64,000 nt of DNA from an archaeon (GTDB lineage: Archaea > SpSt-1190 > DYHY01), in NCBI GenBank assembly GCA_037442745.1, contig JBBIPP010000002.1, positions 1 to 64,000 on the forward strand, written 5' to 3'. Shown in pieces: positions 38,238 through 47,500 of the stretch (the first letter of the stretch is position 1; each line of letters starts with the position of its first letter). The notes beneath the pieces were generated by a model. The model saw only the letters and a list, made by a program, of their open reading frames with translations, searched no databases and had not been told where the DNA came from. Both the position numbers and the translations under genes were made by a program.

Positions 38238-39146
38238 CTATTTGAGGTCAATTAGGAGAATTCCCTCTTTTTTCCTGAATTCCCGCGCCTTTCCCAGAGG
38301 GAGCCCTTCTCTTGCCAGCCCTATCTCGGAATCTACAAGCGCGAGATTCTGCAATATCAGGTTCCCTGCTCTCTTTGCCTCCTCAGCCTTTTCTTCCAAG
38401 GCAAGAATGTTTTTCTCAGCAAGCTCAACAATTCTTGCTTCTTGCTTTCCTTCCGTGTCTGCTTTCTCTCGGACCCTTGCAGTTCCCTTATCTGGAGAGA
38501 ATGCAGGGTAACTTGGAGTTGCCGAAAAAATCTCGCGAATTTTCCCAAGCGCCTTCCCGATGTCGTTGCCCGCAGCCTTGACAACTTCGTTAGATATTTC
38601 CGGGCCGAGGCCAAGGTCTACTGCAAGGAATTTTCCAAGAGAGCTGTTCTCAGGTAGTTTGAAATTGCCAATTGAAAGCTCAAGGGGGCTCTTTTTTGCT
38701 CCAATTGGGGGGATATAACGCTCTCCCGGGAATATTTTCCGCCCCTTCCAGGCTCTCTTCTCAAGGGCGAATGCAATAATGTCGTTCTCCCCTTTCAGTA
38801 TTAGGACGTTCCCCGAGAAAGCCTCGTGGATTAGGGACACTTGCCCCGAGAAATCGATTCGAAGAATTCTGTCGAATCCGACCTGCCCTGCCGACCGAAC
38901 TGTCCTTCCGGAAAGGAACTCACGCCCGAATTTCCAGGGCTCCTTTGTTTCGTTTTCATGGAGCTTGTCGAGGAAGCCAAAAGAGCCCTTTTCAATTACA
39001 AGGCTCCTTTTACCGCCGAGCCATTTAGAGTAGAACTCTATTGAGAAGGAATTATCGGAAATCCTGAAAATTCCCTTCTCCACCTTGGCTCCGGGGAGAT
39101 TCTCAGAAACCCATTTAGATGCTAGGAAGAACTCGAGGCTGTTCAC
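38238..39146 (-). CDS. NFACT/Rqc2 N-terminal-half protein
   Basis: GAKVEK, QVGFDRILRIDF, LIHEAFSGNVLIL, RKIFPGERYIPP, LGLGP (HhH). About 302 aa; the GTG start overlaps the scpB stop. Confidence 0.8.
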   Translation of the reverse strand: MNSLEFFLASKWVSENLPGAKVEKGIFRISDNSFSIEFYSKWLGGKRSLVIEKGSFGFLDKLHENETKEPWKFGREFLSGRTVRSAGQVGFDRILRIDFSGQVSLIHEAFSGNVLILKGENDIIAFALEKRAWKGRKIFPGERYIPPIGAKKSPLELSIGNFKLPENSSLGKFLAVDLGLGPEISNEVVKAAGNDIGKALGKIREIFSATPSYPAFSPDKGTARVREKADTEGKQEARIVELAEKNILALEEKAEEAKRAGNLILQNLALVDSEIGLAREGLPLGKAREFRKKEGILLIDLK

Positions 39147-39949
39147 TAAGGAGACTCCTCCCCGCCATCCGGCTTTTCTTCCCATTTCCCGCTTTCAGAG
39201 ACCTGCCCATCCTTGTCTCTGTCAGAAAATTCCGCAGAATCCCCGAGCCGGTCGGGCGCATCACTTTCCTCGGAAGAAACCTCCTCCCGCGCCTTTTCAA
39301 CCGCCCCGTCAATTATTGCCTTGTCCCTCGAATCGAGTTTGTCCCTAAGGGATTCCAAGGGAGCTCCGAAATAATCGGAAAATCTCTCCGTAGTTTTGAG
39401 TATGCGGGTTATTCCCTTCGGTTCCGCGACAATTAGTCCTGCGCCAATTAGGTTTTTCACCTGCTCATATGCCCGGTTCCCGCGTATTTTCACAATTTCG
39501 CTCTGCTTTATTGGCTGGTAGAAGGCTATTACAGCAAGTGTCTTTGTCTCGCCGTCTGACAAGTCTGTGAAGTTGGAGAGGCGCCTGACCCTTGAGAGAT
39601 ATGCGTCCTTCACTTTCATTTTGTACTTTATTTCGGCGCCGACTTCCCTAGAGACTTCAAGAGCGCTGTCCGGCCTATTCTCCTCGGCAAGGGATTCGAG
39701 GGCGTTTCTTGCTCTTGCCGGAGTCAAGGCAGGAACTGCCTTTAGAATTTCTTTAACGCCAAGACTCCTTCCCGAAATGAAAAGCGCCGCCTCGACAAGC
39801 ATCCTGTTTTCCGTTTGGCTAGTCTCCCTGTCGGGCGTTGCCGGCTCTTTTCCGTCCTTTTCGTCAGATTCATCCGCCTTTTCAGAGGACTTGTTTTCTT
39901 CCAGAATTTCTGCGGAAAATCCGCTATCTTCCATCAGGGAAACCTCCAT
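39146..39949 (-). CDS. scpB: Segregation and condensation protein B
   Basis: VEAALFISG, KTLAVIAFYQPIKQSEIVKIRG, TTERFSDYFG. Confidence 0.93.
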   Translation of the reverse strand: MEVSLMEDSGFSAEILEENKSSEKADESDEKDGKEPATPDRETSQTENRMLVEAALFISGRSLGVKEILKAVPALTPARARNALESLAEENRPDSALEVSREVGAEIKYKMKVKDAYLSRVRRLSNFTDLSDGETKTLAVIAFYQPIKQSEIVKIRGNRAYEQVKNLIGAGLIVAEPKGITRILKTTERFSDYFGAPLESLRDKLDSRDKAIIDGAVEKAREEVSSEESDAPDRLGDSAEFSDRDKDGQVSESGKWEEKPDGGEESP

Positions 39950-40652
39950 TAGGCTCCGCTACGGACGCATTTTCGACCGTAGGAAGAATGGCCAGGTCCG
40001 CCCTCCTTATCTCAATTGGGCCGTTCCATTCTTCCTGAACCAAGTCAAGCTCGCTATTGTTCGCCATCTGAAGAATTGCAAGAAAAGCTATCTCGAACTT
40101 TTTGTACCGTAGGATTTCCGAGAAGAAGACCCGCTCCCTTGCTGAGAACAAGTCGTCGAAAATGACTCGGAGGTCCCGCATCACTTCCTCAATATTGGCA
40201 GTCGTTATTTTCACCCCGATCTGCCTCAGGTTCTTTCTGCGCATGAGCTTTCTTTTTTCGACCTCAAAAGCGCTCCTCAGTGCGTCAACCAGCTCGACAA
40301 TCGTGATTTTCCTCTCAACAATCCTCCTCACAGGATGGAGATCGGGGACTGAATTGATGTCAATTTCAAGGGCGTCCGCGACTGTCCTGGCCTCCCTCTC
40401 AATTTTTTCCCTCTCCTCGAAGAACAATTTCTCGCTTTTCAGTTTCAGGAGGGCTGCTGATGTTATCAGGGCCTTTGCGGGTATCCTGAAATTGAGCTTG
40501 GCAATTGCCGAAATCCTCTCAAGATACCTTCCTGTGAGAATTGTTATGTCAATGTCCCAGGGGTTTATTTTCTCCTCTTTCACGAGTTCAACTAGCTGGG
40601 AATCCCATTTCTCAAGTTCGTCAAGCGCCAGGCTTATGAAATCAATCCCCAT
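39924..40652 (-). CDS. scpA: Segregation and condensation protein A (kleisin)
   Basis: INPWDIDI..LT..YL, SAALLKLKS, ITIVELVDAL, FLAILQMA...LVQEEWNGPI. Confidence 0.93.
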   Translation of the reverse strand: MGIDFISLALDELEKWDSQLVELVKEEKINPWDIDITILTGRYLERISAIAKLNFRIPAKALITSAALLKLKSEKLFFEEREKIEREARTVADALEIDINSVPDLHPVRRIVERKITIVELVDALRSAFEVEKRKLMRRKNLRQIGVKITTANIEEVMRDLRVIFDDLFSARERVFFSEILRYKKFEIAFLAILQMANNSELDLVQEEWNGPIEIRRADLAILPTVENASVAEPNGGFPDGR

Positions 40653-40685
40653 TCGGAAAAAAGCCCCCCTTCCTCAGGTTTTAAA

Positions 40686-42689
40686 TCATTTCCCGAAAAT
40701 CCACCGGAAGAAATCAGAAAGCAGCTCTGAGAAAGCGCTCTTTCCGCACGAAATCCTTGAATCGACTGTCCCAGACGTCCTCCCTTTCCGGCCGAGCACG
40801 TCCTCATACTCTACCTCATAATAAATTTTAACGTCTGAGCAGGGCTCGCCAGAGACGAAATTCCCGGGAAAATTCGAAATTCCCTGGTATGTGAGGCGAC
40901 CGTTTGAGACAATTGCAAAATTCGAGAGAGTCTCCCCGCCCTTTTTTATCTCAAGGGGAATTGAGAGGGAGACTGTCGGCTTTGGTATTCTCCGGACAGT
41001 CCCGGATATTTCCCTCACAGTCCCGTTGAGAAGAGTTATTTTGACTGAGAAGTTATTGCCAGAGCCAATTGGTATTTTCCCCCCTGTCATTTTCGGGATT
41101 ATGTATTCCTTTCCCCGGTATTCCGCAGAAACGTCCTCCTCAGAATATATTGAGAGTTCAAGATTCTCCCCGAAATACCCTTCCTTTGGGGCAATTACCG
41201 AGACTTCAGGAGTATTGCCGGTTGCGAAGAAAACGCTTCCGGTCGACGAGAACACAAGCCCCTTTTCGAATCCCCGGAGGGGGACCTCCGTTTTTCCGGA
41301 GGAAATAGGGAACTCGAAGCTCCGCTCAATTCCGGTTTCCGGCTGGAAGAGGAATTCCCGGCTCCCGGGAGAGCCGTAGAAAATCCCGTAATCGGGGAAA
41401 ATCTCGGGAGAAGCAGTTCCCTTTCCCGATTCCGCAATAACTCTTGTCTTTGGCCCGGACGGATTTCCAAGAACTGCAGACCCTATCGGATATTCGTAAT
41501 AATAACCGGGAGAAATATTTTCCGGAGCCCTGAGGATGAAATATGCGCTCGAAGAACCCATTGCGGGGACAACAACAGGGCCGCTCGAAAACACAAGATC
41601 CAAGTTCTCGCTGTCCGCTAGGTTTCTTGCGAGATATATCGGGGAAGCAGACAATCCTATTGCTGTCGGAAGCGCGTTTGAAACAGTTGAATTGACAAGG
41701 AACGCCTCGCCCGACACAACCCTTCCATTCGAGGCCGTTATTTTCGAGAGAGCCCCGGGATTGAACCCCTCACCCGACCCCCTCACAAGCGAGAACTTTG
41801 GATTAGTCGGATTTATCCCATTCCAAGAAATCGAGGGAGGGCTTTTCAGGAAATCATAGCTCACCTGCTCGACGGATTTCGCTGCCTCGGGCGCAGTGTA
41901 GATCTTTATGTGGGATGTGTCAAGCCAGCCATACTGGGCAAAGCCAGTTGTCGGGTCGAAGGGAACCCATCCCTTCTCCGGGAAATACGCTTCCGCCCAT
42001 CCATGGCTTCCGAATTCCTCAGCCTCTCGCCCTCCAAATGCAAACCCCCCTACATAGCGGGCAGGAATCCCGGCAGCTCTCGAAAGTGCAATGAAGAGGT
42101 GCGCAAACTCTTCGCAGACGCCCCGCCTTTCAGCAAGGACTTTTCCAGTGTCGAGGCGCGATCCGAAAACTGAGCTGTCGTATGTAATGTTTCTATTTAC
42201 AAACTCGGCAATTTTCAGGAGGGCGCCAAATTCCGTCGTTTCCCCGAGGACAAGGCTTTGCGAAAGCTCCCGGATTTCCTTTGTCAGGCGGACAGCTTCA
42301 CCTTCGGAGAGAAACTCTGAGAAGGATTCCGGGAGACCTTCCAGCGGATATTTTTCAGTCCCGGATATTTTCGGGCCATATGTTTTCGTGCTAACCGAGC
42401 AGGAATATTCCACAATTGGAGTTTCCCCCGACTTCCATGAGAATTCCATTAATCCGGAAGGGGAGATGGATTTAGAGCACACTACTCTCTGGCGCTCGTC
42501 CTCCTTGGGAAAGAGGTTTGTTGTGAAGTTGAGAGTGCGAAAGCTCCCGGAAGAGACGCTTGCCGAGCCGGAAACCCTGAAAGAAATCTCGGCCTCTGAA
42601 AATGCGTCAGGAGTTCCAAGAGAAAAGCCTGCCGGAAGCAGAATTGCAAGAATTGCGAGGGCCCCGAAAGCGAACAAACCCTTTTCCAT
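40686..42689 (-). CDS. Exported transglutaminase-like protein
   Basis: Signal peptide. GVCEEFAHLFIALSRAAGIPAR, SHGWAE, WVPFDPT (C-H-D triad). C-terminal amphipathic FSELLSDFFRWIFG. Confidence 0.88.
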   Translation of the reverse strand: MEKGLFAFGALAILAILLPAGFSLGTPDAFSEAEISFRVSGSASVSSGSFRTLNFTTNLFPKEDERQRVVCSKSISPSGLMEFSWKSGETPIVEYSCSVSTKTYGPKISGTEKYPLEGLPESFSEFLSEGEAVRLTKEIRELSQSLVLGETTEFGALLKIAEFVNRNITYDSSVFGSRLDTGKVLAERRGVCEEFAHLFIALSRAAGIPARYVGGFAFGGREAEEFGSHGWAEAYFPEKGWVPFDPTTGFAQYGWLDTSHIKIYTAPEAAKSVEQVSYDFLKSPPSISWNGINPTNPKFSLVRGSGEGFNPGALSKITASNGRVVSGEAFLVNSTVSNALPTAIGLSASPIYLARNLADSENLDLVFSSGPVVVPAMGSSSAYFILRAPENISPGYYYEYPIGSAVLGNPSGPKTRVIAESGKGTASPEIFPDYGIFYGSPGSREFLFQPETGIERSFEFPISSGKTEVPLRGFEKGLVFSSTGSVFFATGNTPEVSVIAPKEGYFGENLELSIYSEEDVSAEYRGKEYIIPKMTGGKIPIGSGNNFSVKITLLNGTVREISGTVRRIPKPTVSLSIPLEIKKGGETLSNFAIVSNGRLTYQGISNFPGNFVSGEPCSDVKIYYEVEYEDVLGRKGRTSGTVDSRISCGKSAFSELLSDFFRWIFGK

Positions 42690-42711
42690 AGGGACCTTCC
42701 CCCACAATTAC

Positions 42712-42719
42712 TTTTAAAA
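42712..42719. promoter_or_regulatory. Palindromic TATA box between divergent genes
   Basis: TTTTAAAA lies 22 nt from ATG 42689 (-) and 24 nt from ATG 42744 (+). Confidence 0.6.
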
Positions 42720-42743
42720 CAAGGGCATTTAACCAACCGAAGA

Positions 42744-43673
42744 ATGCCTCCCCTTAACGCAAATCCGGAATTCTTCTCCGCAAAGGAAAAGTACGAAAAG
42801 GCAAAGACAATCCCCGAGAAAATATCTGCTCTTGAGGAAGTGATAAGGATGGCTCCTACACACAAGGGAGCGGAGAAGCTCCGGGCTCAACTTAAAAAGA
42901 AGCTCTCTGAGCTGAAGGAACAGCTGATAACCGCGTCCAAGAAGAAAGGTGGCGGGACGAGCGCATTCTCAATAAAGAAGACTGGAATACTCCAAATAGT
43001 CCTGCTTGGTTATCCGGGGGCTGGAAAATCAACAGTCCTCTCTGCAATAACGAACGCGAAACCAGAAATCTCCCCTACGCAATACACAACCCGCTTTCCC
43101 GAAATAGGGACACTCAAATTCTCAAGAATGGATTTTCAGGTAATAGAGGTTCCGGCAATTGTCCCCGGGACATTTGATTCCGGAAGGGGCGAGCTATTCG
43201 CAATAATAAGGAACGCGGATGTTCTCGCAATGATACTCGATTCAAGGTTTGCAAAAGAGCAGTTCCAGGGGCTCCAAACCGAGATGAAAAAGGCAGGGAT
43301 ATCAGGGAAGAAGATAGTTGTCGTCGCAAACAAGTTCGACCTCGCAAAGCCGGCTCTCGAGAACTGCCCGCATCCTGTGATATTCTCAAGCCCCTCCTCT
43401 AGAAACTCGCTTTCAATATTAGGAGAGATTGCTTGGAAGGAGAGCGGCAAAATGAAGGTTTTCACAAAGAAGGCGGGGCAGGTCGACGAGAGGCCGTTCG
43501 TTATGGATCGGGGCGCGACTGTGAGGAGCGCTGTTCGGACAATACACAAGGAAATTCTGGAGACTTTCAGGTTCGCGCGCGTATGGCGAAAGGATTCCCA
43601 GCATTCAGGGTCAAGGGTTGGCTTGGATTTCGTCCTGAAAGACGATGACATTCTCGAGATTTTCGCGAAATAG
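42744..43673 (+). CDS. DRG/OBG-family GTPase with TGS domain
   Basis: PTHKGAEKLRAQLK, GYPGAGKST, YTT, NKFD, FRFARVW...LKDDDILEI. Confidence 0.9.
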   Translation: MPPLNANPEFFSAKEKYEKAKTIPEKISALEEVIRMAPTHKGAEKLRAQLKKKLSELKEQLITASKKKGGGTSAFSIKKTGILQIVLLGYPGAGKSTVLSAITNAKPEISPTQYTTRFPEIGTLKFSRMDFQVIEVPAIVPGTFDSGRGELFAIIRNADVLAMILDSRFAKEQFQGLQTEMKKAGISGKKIVVVANKFDLAKPALENCPHPVIFSSPSSRNSLSILGEIAWKESGKMKVFTKKAGQVDERPFVMDRGATVRSAVRTIHKEILETFRFARVWRKDSQHSGSRVGLDFVLKDDDILEIFAK

Positions 43674-43726
43674 ACTGCCTGAGTTAAAAATGGAAACTCG
43701 CTTTTCTTGAATCAGGGTCATTTGAG

Positions 43727-44302
43727 GTGGAAATTGGGAGAGAAATTGTTCTTTCCAGTATGTCCCCCCGGAGAAAAGCGCTTCTTTCCTCTTGGGGAAT
43801 GAAATTCACAGAAATTCCCCCCAAAGTTTCGGAAAGATCCTCAGAAAAAGACCCGAGAAAGCTAGTTCTCCTCCTTTCGAGGAGAAAGGCCCGGGCAGCG
43901 AGGCAAAAGGCGCCAAAAAATTCCCCAATAATAGGCTCAGACCTCTTTGTCTTCTTCCGTGGAAAAATATACGGAAAACCAAAAAACAAGCGAGAGGCAA
44001 GGACGAACCTCCTAAAGTTTTCAGGAAAAAGCCAAGAAGTATTCTGCGGAGTAACAGTAATTGACAATTCAACTGGACAGGAATTTTCAGTAGTATCAAA
44101 GACCCGGATTTTTTTCAGGAGGTTCAAGGAGAGCGACGCGGAAATATATATCCTCTCGAGCGAGTACAAAGACAAGGCCGGATGATGCGCAATACAGGGC
44201 GAAGGAAAGCGTCTGATACTCCATCACACCGGAGAGCTCCCCACAATAATAGGCCTCTCAAAGAAGCTTGTTTTCAGAGGAATTTCCTCGCTTCAAAAAT
44301 AA
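43727..44302 (+). pseudogene. maf: Maf family nucleotide pyrophosphatase interrupted by TGA
   Basis: LSSMSPRR, KA, IIGSD, GKP, then DKAG*CAIQG...TIIGL continuing in frame to TAA at 44300 (191 codons). Confidence 0.85.
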
Positions 44303-44335
44303 CTCAATTACTTAATTGAGCAATTACATATTTAA
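44303..44335 (+). promoter_or_regulatory. Palindromic operator adjacent to a TATA box
   Basis: CTCAATTA-CT-TAATTGAG plus a third CAATTA box (44321-44326). TATTTAA at 44329-44335 lies 21 nt before ATG 44357. Confidence 0.6.
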
Positions 44336-44356
44336 TCAATTCAGTGAGTTAGGCAA

Positions 44357-44593
44357 ATGTTTAAAAGGAGATTTACCCAAAAAAGGCCAATGCGGGCTAG
44401 TTTCGACTATGAAGACGAAAAAATGAGGTCCGTAGACGAAATTATCTTCAATTACAACCGGGACAAGCCGACTTCCCGCAGAATTTCAAAATCCGAACTT
44501 TTGAGAAAACTTCTTGACCTTGTTTCCGCCGGGAAAATAAATCTGGAAAAAATCGCTTCAGAAGGAGGGGGAGGGCAGAATGAAAAGAAATAG
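44357..44593 (+). CDS. Small ribbon-helix-helix-like regulator
   Basis: Alternating strand RASFDY, a helix, then ISKSELLRKLL. First gene of the co-oriented surface-protein run. Confidence 0.6.
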   Translation: MFKRRFTQKRPMRASFDYEDEKMRSVDEIIFNYNRDKPTSRRISKSELLRKLLDLVSAGKINLEKIASEGGGGQNEKK

Positions 44594-47500
44594 GGCGCGG
44601 GAAGCAATTCTAGCTCTCGCAGTTTTCGCCCTGTTTCTCCCGGCTGCCTTCTCGGCAGACCCTACCTTTTCGCCCTCCGTTGACAGGCCCGGATTTGCAG
44701 TCCCAGAACAGCTCTCAACGAACCAGTCGAATGTTTACCTCGAGTTCTATACCGGCGCAATTGACCTCGATCCCGGGGGCGAGTCTGCGACAACAACTCA
44801 GATAGAAATTTCTCTCCCGTCAATAATCTCCGCCACTGGGACAATACTCTCTTTCCCGAACCCGATATGCCCTCCCGGCCTCTCGAATCCGCAAATAATA
44901 AACAACAACACTCTCCGGTGCGTTCCCCGGGCAGGAATCGGGGAGACCGGGCTCTCGGACGGGGAGGATGTTACAATAGCCCTAACAATAAGTTCGATCA
45001 GGGAGTCTTTGGGGACAAACCCCCATGTTGTGCCAATAACTGTCACCGACTCTGAGGGGAACTCAAGCACAGTCAATATCAATTTTATTCTTCAAAACAG
45101 GCCCTCTCTTCTTTCCTCAGTTGCCCTCGGATTCCCGGGAACAGTTTCCAAGGGACAGCGGGATGTTCCGATAACTTTCCTGACTGTCAATTCCGCTGAC
45201 TCTCCTGCGGCCCTAGCGGAGATAGACTCCGTCCAGACAGAAGTCAGGGATTTTCTCGGCGCCCTGAGCGGATATTCCTCCTACTCCCAGAGCCCCGCAG
45301 GCGTATCGACCCTTGGTTCCGGAGAAGGTGTCAATTTGACGTTCTACATTGACATCCCGCTGAACGCTTCCGCAGGAACTCTCACACAATTGTTCAATCT
45401 CACGGTAACTGACCCGAACAGCCAGCAGAAATTCACCTCCGGAACAGTCCAGAATTCCACAACCGTTCTAAACCCCCCCAACCTCACAACCTCCCTAATA
45501 ATCAACAGCACGAGGTTCATATCAAGGACATATCCGTATAACACCCTCAACCTCACAATAAGAGTCAACAATTCCGGGCAGGCATCGGCCAACATCACAG
45601 GAGCTTCCCTCAAATTCTATGACGCCTCCGGCATTGACAGGTCAACTGAATTCACCTACACGAACACAAGCAGTCTGAACGCGACAATTCCCGCAAACAC
45701 CCTTTCCGACATATTGTTCAACATCACAGGAATAGGGAGCTGGGGAGGAGGACCAATCAATGTCAATTATACAGTTAGCTACGTAGATTCTGGTTCAGGA
45801 GTCCAATACGGGCCCCTCTCAGGCAACAAATCAAACGCGTTCGGATATGACACAACTCCCCCCGCCCTCTCAATACTCGGGGTGAAGGACATCGGGGGTT
45901 CGCTTTCCGCATATTTCATACGTCCGACATCCCCTTCAGTACAGATAAACTCGACAGTAACAGATTCCCTCTCAGGAACCTCTTCGAACTGCATTGTGCT
46001 CTTCGGAAACAACAACACTCGGACAACGACAGACCTTTCATACTCCTCCGGCACCTGCAACGGTAGCGTTGTTGCGCCCGCAGGACCTTCCCTTTACGGG
46101 GAGCTCCCCCTGAAAGTCGTTGCAACTGACGCGGTTGGGAACAATGCGACAGCGGTTTATTCCGTATTCCTCTACACCCTCCTTGTAAACACCTTCGACG
46201 GGATAACCGGGGCGGAGGTGAGAAACTCTTCAACCCTCTCCGACGCAATAGTCGGGGCCAGAAACAACACTCCAGGAAACCAGTTCTTCCGGTGCTATGC
46301 GAACACTGAGCTCAACAGCACCAGGCACTTTTGCGGAATACCATACGGAACAGTTGTCAACGTTTCCGCATATTCCCCCGCATATGTCTGGAACCAATCC
46401 CAAGGGAACCAGACTGTCTGCGTCGGGGGAAGCGAGAACATTTTCGCCTGCGACACGACAACCCCCGCTTTGGGCCGGGTTTACTCCAAAGTCCACCTCC
46501 TTCCGAACACTCTCGTTATTGTAAATGACGAGTTCGGGCTTCCGGTGGCGGGCTTCAATATTACAGTTACAGACTCTTCGTCCTGGCTAGCCTATCTCTC
46601 CGACGGTGGGGCTGGAGACGAAAATTCCAGCGCCGGAGCCTTTCTCTTCCCCTTCGACACTGCAAAAAGAAACGCGCCATTCTCAATAGAGTTCAACATT
46701 GCCCCTAACTACAACAACACCGGCCTCTCGTCCTGGAGCCAGTCCTTCGCTCCGACAAACACGAGCCAGACTGTAATACAAAAGACATCGAAATATTCCG
46801 TCCTATTCAACCTCCTAGACGAATTCGGCTCAATTGTGAACAGGACAGGGGGCTCAATTGTCTACAACCCGGATAGCGAATTCGGGTTCTACCCAGTAGC
46901 CTGCATTGCAAACCCATCCGACAACCACGTTTTCGGATGCAAAATACCAAGCGTTGCAAAGATTTCCAACACTTCTTACGGGTCATTTGGGGCGCCCTTT
47001 TCAGTTGAAAAACCCGGGTTTGTGAGTTTCCGAACGCTCCGCCTCATTCCACCAATGACTCCCGCATCAGGCCAGATAAACACGACTGAGCGCGCGAACT
47101 TTACGGTAATTGTGCAGGGAATGGACGCTTACAACTATTCCTCAATAGACTATTCAAAAATCAGCTCTGTCGAGACCCAGTTCGCCGGCGCATGCTCGAG
47201 GAACGGGACAATGTCTGTTTGGGGATGCCCCTCAACAGTCTCGGACGCATATGTTAACATAACGCCGACCAATGCCAGCGGATTTCTCTACTCGAACATC
47301 TCAATATCCCCGTCCGCCCTTGTCCAGAAGGTCTATCAATCGCTCAACAACTATTCCGTTGAAGTGGAGACCTTCGACGAACTAGCCCAAAGGCTGGTAT
47401 TCCAAAACATTTCATCAGTCGCATTCAACGGGACAATAAGCTGTGTCCAGAACCCGCTCAATTCATCCAATTGGGGCTGCCCAGTGCCAATAGCGTCCGC

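Noticed and set aside
3704-44302. Genome-wide UGA recoding (Gly/Trp/Sec) suggested by in-frame TGAs in NUDIX, Maf and the dehydrogenase
   Set aside because: elp3, pcn, tfs, rpl11 and endA all end in TGA at their expected C-termini, intact genes have no internal TGA, and the interrupted genes show other damage.
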